Below, piece after piece: positions 57,945 through 64,000 of a stretch of DNA of 64,000 nucleotides. The position numbers and the translations under genes are program-made. Origin of the DNA: an uncultured Acidobacteriota bacterium (GTDB taxonomy: Bacteria; Acidobacteriota; Thermoanaerobaculia; Multivoradales; UBA5704); contig OY969474.1 of assembly GCA_963700145.1 (NCBI GenBank), forward strand, positions 768,001 through 832,000, written 5' to 3'. Every line of letters begins with the position of its first letter. The stretch's first letter is position 1. The notes under the pieces were generated by a model, which did no database searches, was not told where the DNA came from, and worked only from the letters and a program-made list of their open reading frames with translations.

Positions 57945-58394
57945 TCACTCGACTGCGATCTGCCAGTCGGTGAGCTCGACGGGCGAGGAGAAGACGCCGC
58001 CTTCGACGCGGAAGTGGATGCCGACGTCGCCCTCGGGCAGGACGACGGGGGCGGCGAAGGTCACCTCGTACTCGCCGCCGCCGCGCCGGCCCATCGGCTG
58101 CCAGGTCCCCGGGCTGCCGCCGGCGGGGGCCAGGCGGTAGGAGACGCGGCCGCCGAAGGGATCCTCGGACCAGTCGCCCGGTCCCATCGCGACCACCAGC
58201 GTCGCCGCCCCGGCGCGCGGTGGCCAGGGCTCGGTCGTGGCGCTGAGCTCCGAGTCCTCCTCGAGCTGCCAGAACGTCCCCGCCGCCGCCTCCTCCTCGT
58301 CGCCGGGCGCCTCCTCCTCCGGCGCGCCGCCCCCGCACGCCGCCAGCGCCACGCACAGCCAGAGCCACGTTCCCCGCTTGGCGAGCTCGCGCAT
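57945..58394 (-). CDS. Hypothetical lipoprotein
   Basis: Lipobox LAAC, acidic linker, beta-rich domain; RBS GAGGGAGG. Confidence 0.7.
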   Translation of the reverse strand: MRELAKRGTWLWLCVALAACGGGAPEEEAPGDEEEAAAGTFWQLEEDSELSATTEPWPPRAGAATLVVAMGPGDWSEDPFGGRVSYRLAPAGGSPGTWQPMGRRGGGEYEVTFAAPVVLPEGDVGIHFRVEGGVFSSPVELTDWQIAVE

Positions 58395-58414
58395 GCGATC
58401 CTCCCTCTTCCCAG

Positions 58415-58990
58415 CTAGAACCCTTCCAGCAGGTCGCTCACCATCGTTTCCGCGAAGCGCTCGGCGGCCTCCTCGATCGCCTGGTCCTCGCGGTCGAAGA
58501 AGCCGGCCTCCGAGACGTCCACCGGGTAGCTCTGGCGGAAGACGTAGCGGTCGTTGCTCCACAGCACGGCCTCGTCGGCGATGCGTTTGAAGGCGACCTG
58601 GGCGACGATCGAGATCTCGTACTCGGTGGCGCGGCCGGTGTCGTCGAAGGAGACTGGCGTGACGGAGAAGCCGACGACGGCGCCGGAGAGCTCGGCGTCC
58701 GCCCCCTCGGGGTTGCCCACGACCGCGAAGCGGCGCCGCGTCACCAGCTCCTCGGCGATGGCGCGGGTCAGGAACTGCTCGACCTGGGAGCGCGGCGTGC
58801 GGTTGTCGAGCGGCTTGATGTAGACCTCGCGGACGTCCTCCGGGAGGTTGACGCCGCGGCCGACGAGGGCGTAGCCGCAGGCGGCGGCCAGAACCAGCGG
58901 AAGGAGAAACGCCAGCCTCCCCCACCCAGATCCTTCGCTTCGCTCAGGATGACGTTCTAGAGGGGCGAGGTGCCTGCGCTGGCTCTTCAT
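58415..58990 (-). CDS. lptE: LPS assembly lipoprotein LptE
   Basis: Lipobox AAACGY, LP...VYI....N.T, follows leuS with an ATGA overlap. Confidence 0.88.
   Translation of the reverse strand: MKSQRRHLAPLERHPERSEGSGWGRLAFLLPLVLAAACGYALVGRGVNLPEDVREVYIKPLDNRTPRSQVEQFLTRAIAEELVTRRRFAVVGNPEGADAELSGAVVGFSVTPVSFDDTGRATEYEISIVAQVAFKRIADEAVLWSNDRYVFRQSYPVDVSEAGFFDREDQAIEEAAERFAETMVSDLLEGF
58928..58953 (-). repeat. REP-like palindromic element, copy 4 (in frame in lptE)
   Basis: GTCATCCTGAGCGAAGCGAAGGATCT on the minus strand, translated as RHPERSEGS. Confidence 0.8.
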
Positions 58991-61467
58991 GCCGTCTTCC
59001 TCGTTACCAGGTTCACCAGCCGCCCCGGCACCACGACCGCCTTCGCCAGCTCGCGTCCGGTCAGGTGCTCGCGCACGCGGTCGCTGGCCAGCGCCGCGGC
59101 GCGCACCTCGGACTCGTCGGCGTCGGCCAGCACCTCGATGCGGTCGCGCAGCTTGCCGTCCACCTGGACGACCAGGGTGATGCGGGCGCGCCGGATCTTC
59201 GCCTCGTCGTAGCTCGGCCACTCGGTGTCGAGCAGGTTCTCGAGGTGCCCGCGCCGCTCCCACAGCTCCTCGGTGACGTGCGGCGCCATGGGGTGCAGGA
59301 GCTGCAGCAGCGTGTCGAAGGTCTCGTCGCAGACCAGGCGCGAGCCGGTCTGCTCCTCGAGGGCCCGCGCCAGCGCGTTCGACAGCTCCATCAGCGCCGC
59401 CACCGCGGTATTGAACGAGAAGCGCTCCAGCGAGTGGGTGACGCGCTGGATCGTGGCGTGCCGCTGCCGCTCGAGCTCGCGGTCGGAGGGCGCGTTCGGC
59501 GGCGCCTCGTCGAGCTTCTCCGCCGTGCGCCAGAGACGGTTCAAGAAGCGATAGGCGCCGGCCACCGCCTCGTCGCTCCACTCCGCCTCCCGCTCCGGCG
59601 GCCCGATGAAGAGCGTATAGACGCGCTCGGTGTCGGCGCCGAAGCGCTCGATCAGCTCGTCGGGCGAGACCGTGTTGCCGCGCCGCTTCGACATCTTCTC
59701 CACCCGCCCGGTCTTCTCCGAGAAGCGGGTGATCATCCCCTGGTTGAACAGGTTGGTGAACGGCTCCTCGAAGCCGATCATGCCGAAGTCGTGCAGCACC
59801 TTGCAGACGAAGCGGGCGTAGAGCAGGTGGAGGATGGCGTGCTCGACGCCGCCGATGTACTGGTCGACCGGCGCCCACTTGTTGACCACCTCGGGCGCGA
59901 ACATCCGCGTGTCGTCCTTGGGCGACAGATACCGCAGGTAGTACCAGGAGCTGTCGACGAAGGTGTCCATCGTGTCGGTCTCGCGCCGCGCCGGCTTGCC
60001 GCAGCGCGGGCAGGTGGTCTCGACGAACGCCTTCGAGCGCGACAGCGGGTTGCCCTCGCGGCCGGTGAACTCGACGTCGTAGGGCAGGGCGACCGGGAGC
60101 TGGTCGTCCGGCACCGGCACCATCCCGCACTTCTCACAGTAGACGACCGGGATCGGCGTCCCCCAGTAGCGCTGGCGTGAGATCAGCCAGTCGCGCAGCC
60201 GGTAGGTGACCTTGCCGCGCCCCCAGCCCTTCTTCTCCAGCCAGGCGATGAACTTCTTGACCGTCTCCTCGCTCGAGCTGAGGCCGTCGAACGGCGGGGC
60301 GTTGGCGATCGCCCCCTCGTGCGGGTTGGCCTCGACCAGCGAGTCGGCGGTCTCGTCCGCCGTCCGGTGGTAGACGAGACGAACCGGCAGGCCCTCCTGG
60401 CGGGCGAAGGCGAGGTCTCGCTCGTCGTGCGCCGGCACGCCCATGACCGCGCCGGTGCCGTAGTCGGGCAGCACGTAGTTGGTGGTCCAGACCGGGATCT
60501 CCTCCCCGGTCGCCGGGTTGCCCGCCTTGACGCCCAGGTCCCGGCCCTCCTTCGGCGTGTCCTCCCCTTCGCGCTGGATGCGCGGCGTGTTGCGCACCTG
60601 CTCCACCCAGCGCTCCAGCGCCTCGCGCTCCGGATGGCGCGCCACGAGGGCGGCGACGACCGGGTGCTCGGGGGCGAGCACCAGGAAGGTGGCGCCGTGC
60701 AGGGTGTCCGGGCGGGTGGTGAAGATGGTCACCTTCTCCTTGAGCGCCGGCAGCGGGAAGTCGATCTCCGCCCCCTCCGAGCGGCCGATCCAGTTGCGCT
60801 GCATGACCTTGACCTTCTCCGGCCAGCCGGGGAGGTCGTCGAGGCCGGCGAGCAGGCGGTCGGCGTAGTCGGTGATGCGGTAGAACCACTGCTCGAGGTC
60901 CTTCTGCACCACCTCCGAGCCGCAGCGCTCGCAGCGCCCCTCCTCGACCTGCTCGTTGGCCAGCACCGTCAGGCAGCTCGGGCACCAGTTGACCGGCGCC
61001 TTCTTCTTGTAGGCCAGCCCCTTCTCCAGCAGGCGCAGGAAGAGCCACTGGTTCCAGCGGTAGTACTCCGGCACGCAGGAGGCGATCTCCTTCGACCAGT
61101 CGTAGAGGATGCCCCAGCGGCGGAACTGCTCCTTCATCACCCGGATGTTGTTGAAGGTCCAATCGCTCGGGTGGACGCCGCGCTGGATGGCGGCGTTCTC
61201 GGCCGGCAAGCCGAAGGCGTCCCAGCCCATCGGGTTGAGCACCCGCTTGCCGCGCATCCGCAGGTAGCGGTAGAGGGCGTCGCCGAGGATGTAGTTGCGC
61301 CCGTGGCCGACGTGCAGGCGGTCCCCCGAGGGGTAGGGGAACATGTTGAGCATGTAGAACTTCCCCTGCGCGTGGCGGAGGTCCACCTCGGCGGTGCGCT
61401 GCTTCTCCCACCGCTCCTGCCATTTGGCCTCGACGGCCTTGTGGTCGTAGTGGTCGGGGTCGTTCAT
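58987..61467 (-). CDS. leuS: Leucine--tRNA ligase
   Basis: [58 protein letters not shown]. Confidence 0.98.
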   Translation of the reverse strand: MNDPDHYDHKAVEAKWQERWEKQRTAEVDLRHAQGKFYMLNMFPYPSGDRLHVGHGRNYILGDALYRYLRMRGKRVLNPMGWDAFGLPAENAAIQRGVHPSDWTFNNIRVMKEQFRRWGILYDWSKEIASCVPEYYRWNQWLFLRLLEKGLAYKKKAPVNWCPSCLTVLANEQVEEGRCERCGSEVVQKDLEQWFYRITDYADRLLAGLDDLPGWPEKVKVMQRNWIGRSEGAEIDFPLPALKEKVTIFTTRPDTLHGATFLVLAPEHPVVAALVARHPEREALERWVEQVRNTPRIQREGEDTPKEGRDLGVKAGNPATGEEIPVWTTNYVLPDYGTGAVMGVPAHDERDLAFARQEGLPVRLVYHRTADETADSLVEANPHEGAIANAPPFDGLSSSEETVKKFIAWLEKKGWGRGKVTYRLRDWLISRQRYWGTPIPVVYCEKCGMVPVPDDQLPVALPYDVEFTGREGNPLSRSKAFVETTCPRCGKPARRETDTMDTFVDSSWYYLRYLSPKDDTRMFAPEVVNKWAPVDQYIGGVEHAILHLLYARFVCKVLHDFGMIGFEEPFTNLFNQGMITRFSEKTGRVEKMSKRRGNTVSPDELIERFGADTERVYTLFIGPPEREAEWSDEAVAGAYRFLNRLWRTAEKLDEAPPNAPSDRELERQRHATIQRVTHSLERFSFNTAVAALMELSNALARALEEQTGSRLVCDETFDTLLQLLHPMAPHVTEELWERRGHLENLLDTEWPSYDEAKIRRARITLVVQVDGKLRDRIEVLADADESEVRAAALASDRVREHLTGRELAKAVVVPGRLVNLVTRKTA

Positions 61468-61991
61468 TTCAGGGTGCCGGGGAAGTCGTGCTGCTTGAGC
61501 ATGCCGTCGAGCAAGCCGTTGACGAAGCGCCCGGACTGCTCGGAGCCGAACTTCTTCGCCAGCTCGATGGCCTCGTCGAGGACCACGAGCTTGGGGATGT
61601 CCTGCTCGAAGAGCATCTCGTAGACCGCCAGGCGCAGGATGTTGCGGTCCACCGCCGGCATGCGCTCCAGGCGCCAGTGGTCGGCCTGGGCGCGGATCAT
61701 GCCGTCGATCTCCTCGCGGTGGTCGAGCGTGCCGTGCACCAGCGCCTGGGCGTAGCGGAAGGCTTCGTCCACCTGCCGCCGGCGGCGCGCGAAGTCGGCG
61801 CGGTCGTCCTCGGCCCGCGCGCGGCCGGCGGCGGCCGGCCCGCCGTCTTCCTCGTCGCCCGCCGCGCCGGCCAGGTAGGGCGCCAGGTCGAAGTTGGCGA
61901 AGACCTGCGGCGGCGTGCTCCCGCCCAGCTCGCTCTGGTAGAGCATCTGGACCGCCATTTCGCGCGCCGCGCGCCGCTTGCCTGCCGCCAT
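61464..61991 (-). CDS. nusB: Transcription antitermination factor NusB
   Basis: [43 protein letters not shown]. Confidence 0.95.
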   Translation of the reverse strand: MAAGKRRAAREMAVQMLYQSELGGSTPPQVFANFDLAPYLAGAAGDEEDGGPAAAGRARAEDDRADFARRRRQVDEAFRYAQALVHGTLDHREEIDGMIRAQADHWRLERMPAVDRNILRLAVYEMLFEQDIPKLVVLDEAIELAKKFGSEQSGRFVNGLLDGMLKQHDFPGTLK

Positions 61992-62071
61992 GCTCGATTG
62001 TCCCGCGGAGGTCCCGCGGCGGGCCACCCGCGCGGGTCGGGCAATGATATAGCGGTTGACGCGGTCCCGGC

Positions 62072-62548
62072 CTAGTCGCGCAGCCGCGCGAAGAGATCGG
62101 CCATCTCGAGGGCGGCGAGGGCGGCCTCCCACCCCTTGCTGCCCGACCTGCCCGCCGCCCGCTCCTCGGCCTGCGTGGTCGTCTCGCAGGTGAGGACGCC
62201 GAAGCCGACCGGGATGCGGTGCCGCTCGGTGACGCCGGCGACGCCGCGCGCGCACTCGGTACAGATGAGATCGAAGTGCGCGGTCTCGCCGCGGATGACC
62301 GCGCCGAGGGCGACGAGGGCGTCGACGCCACCGGCGGCGGCCAGCTCTTCCAGCGCCGCCGGGATCTCCCAGGCCCCCGGCACTCGCACCAGATGGATGT
62401 CCTGCGGCTCCACCCCGTGGCGGCGGAGGCAATCGACGGCGGCGGCGACGAGCTTTTCGACGACGGGAGCGTTGAAGCGCGACGCCACGATCCCGATGCG
62501 CCGGCCGGCGCCGGAAGGGGTGCCGGCAGTCTCGCGGATCTGACTCAT
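62072..62548 (-). CDS. ribH: 6,7-dimethyl-8-ribityllumazine synthase
   Basis: [39 protein letters not shown]. Confidence 0.96.
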   Translation of the reverse strand: MSQIRETAGTPSGAGRRIGIVASRFNAPVVEKLVAAAVDCLRRHGVEPQDIHLVRVPGAWEIPAALEELAAAGGVDALVALGAVIRGETAHFDLICTECARGVAGVTERHRIPVGFGVLTCETTTQAEERAAGRSGSKGWEAALAALEMADLFARLRD

Positions 62549-62558
62549 CCAGAAGCTC

Positions 62559-63266
62559 TTAGTGCCCGAGGAGGATGCCCCGCGCCAGCTCGCGCAGGAA
62601 GATGCCGTAGGGCCGGGCGAGGGCGGCCTTGAGCAGGACGTCGGCGACGATGCCGGCGAAGCCGAGGGCGAAGAGGCGGGCCTCGCGGCGCTCGAAGGGC
62701 CAGGGGCGGCGGACCAGCAGGGGGCGCGCCAGGAGGCAGCCGAGGAGGACGAAGGCCGCCACCCGCACCACCGACCAGGGCACCCAGGCGGCGACGGCGC
62801 CCAAGAGCGGCGCGCCGCTCGCCGCGGCGTAGCTGCCGACGAAGTAGCTCATGTAGGCGACGAGCGCGGCGCCCAGCGCCAGGCCGAGGTAGCCCGCCGA
62901 GACGTAGGTCAGGACGAGGAACGCGGCGAGGTGGAGGAGGTGCTGCGGCAGGGAGGCGCGCCAGTCGGCCTCGCGCCCCGCGCCGGTGGCGATCCAGCCG
63001 AACATCTCGGCGCGGTAGGTCTCGCCGTTCCAGATGCCGTCGCGCGCCGCCTCGGGCCAGAGCCAGGTGAGGAGGACGACGCCGGCGCTGAGCAGGAACG
63101 CCCAGAGCATCGTCAGGCCCCAGGCGGCACTGTAGTCGCGCGCCGCGACGCGCTCGCGGAACGACGGGTAGAGGACCAACGGCGCCAGCAGGGGCAACAG
63201 CCAGCGCCCGCCGGGCACCGCCGCGAGCAGCGGCAGGAGCGGCGTGGCGATGAGCAGGAACCTCAC
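62559..63266 (-). CDS. Hypothetical integral membrane protein
   Basis: Several hydrophobic helices; in operon with the SDR and ribH genes. Confidence 0.7.
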   Translation of the reverse strand: MRFLLIATPLLPLLAAVPGGRWLLPLLAPLVLYPSFRERVAARDYSAAWGLTMLWAFLLSAGVVLLTWLWPEAARDGIWNGETYRAEMFGWIATGAGREADWRASLPQHLLHLAAFLVLTYVSAGYLGLALGAALVAYMSYFVGSYAAASGAPLLGAVAAWVPWSVVRVAAFVLLGCLLARPLLVRRPWPFERREARLFALGFAGIVADVLLKAALARPYGIFLRELARGILLGH

Positions 63267-63976
63267 AGGGCACCTCCCGCGGGTCCGACGTGGACCTCTT
63301 CGACCACCGCTTTAGGATCGCCGTCGAGGGCGAAGGCGACGGCCCGCGCCACCTCCCGCGGCGGCACCATCCCGGAACGGTCCCACTCCCCCGGCACCCC
63401 CTCCCAGATCGCGGTGTCCACCGCCCCCGGGTAGAGGGCCACGATGCGCACGCCCGTCCCCGCGACCTCGGCGCGCAGCGCCGCCACCAGGCCGGCCACC
63501 CCCCACTTGCTGGCGCAGTAAGCCGACCAGCCGGGGAAGCCGCGGGTGGCGGCGACCGAGAGGAGGGGGAAGACCCACCCGCTTCCCCGCTCCACCATCG
63601 GCGGCAGGAAGACGCGCAGCAGGAGGAACGTGCCGGTGAGGTTGGTCTCGACGGTCTCGCGGAAGGCGTCGGGCGGCAGGTCGGCGAGCGGCGCCACGCG
63701 CGCCACCCCGGCGGCCGGCACCAGCACCTCGGCCGCTCCCCAGCGCCGCTCCACCTCCGCAGCCGCCCGCGCCACCGCCGCGGCGTCGGTGACGTCGCAG
63801 CGCAGCGCCAGGCCGATCTCCTCCTGCCCCGCCGCCGCCAGCGTCTCGGCGAGCGGTGCGTGGCGCCGGCCCAGCAGCGCCAGCGGATAAGCGCGCCGCG
63901 CCAGCTCAAGGGCGATGGCCCGCCCGATCCCCGACCCCCCGCCGCTCACCACCGCCGCGCCGCGCGCCGCCGCCAT
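63263..63976 (-). CDS. Short-chain dehydrogenase/reductase
   Basis: SGGGSGIG, CDVTD, NL.G.F, YCASK, PG.VDT. Confidence 0.92.
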   Translation of the reverse strand: MAAARGAAVVSGGGSGIGRAIALELARRAYPLALLGRRHAPLAETLAAAGQEEIGLALRCDVTDAAAVARAAAEVERRWGAAEVLVPAAGVARVAPLADLPPDAFRETVETNLTGTFLLLRVFLPPMVERGSGWVFPLLSVAATRGFPGWSAYCASKWGVAGLVAALRAEVAGTGVRIVALYPGAVDTAIWEGVPGEWDRSGMVPPREVARAVAFALDGDPKAVVEEVHVGPAGGAL

Positions 63977-64000
63977 GGCGCGGAGGTTAGCAGGCAATCC

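Overview
Very GC-rich chromosomal DNA from a diderm bacterium. The gene set and order (fused LptF-LptG, long OstA-type Lpt protein, rpoN-hpf-ptsN-hprK-rapZ-EIIA-ptsH-ptsI, tol-pal) suggest Acidobacteriota, possibly Thermoanaerobaculia; this is inference. Most of the window is housekeeping: tRNA-Leu, carD, priA, accA, recJ, lpt genes, the rpoN/PTS cluster, miaB, parAB, queD, ahcY, metK, rpiB, murB, etfAB, tol-pal, rpsT, lptE, leuS, nusB and ribH. The best candidate for an undescribed system is at 27.4-32.0 kb: two tandem three-gene cassettes, each encoding a small exported peptide ending in G-x-x-[IL]-D-[GP]-x-G-G, an ECF sigma factor and a soluble zinc anti-sigma (HxxxxCxxC)-TPR protein. This resembles RRNPP-style peptide signalling wired to an ECF sigma/anti-sigma switch. 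Other notable items: a small protein plus atypical radical SAM pair inserted between priA and accA; a TIR-NB-ARC-WD40 NLR-like gene with 123-bp repeats and hypervariable codons, bracketed by inverted REP-like elements; two non-coding loci made of TGCACC boxes in 21-bp-phased pairs; a 16-bp palindrome upstream of parA; an NDH-2 gene with no canonical start codon; a REP element translated inside the LptE signal peptide; and a 28-bp inverted-repeat element between tolQ and tolR. All product calls come from motif recognition by eye; no database searches were run.
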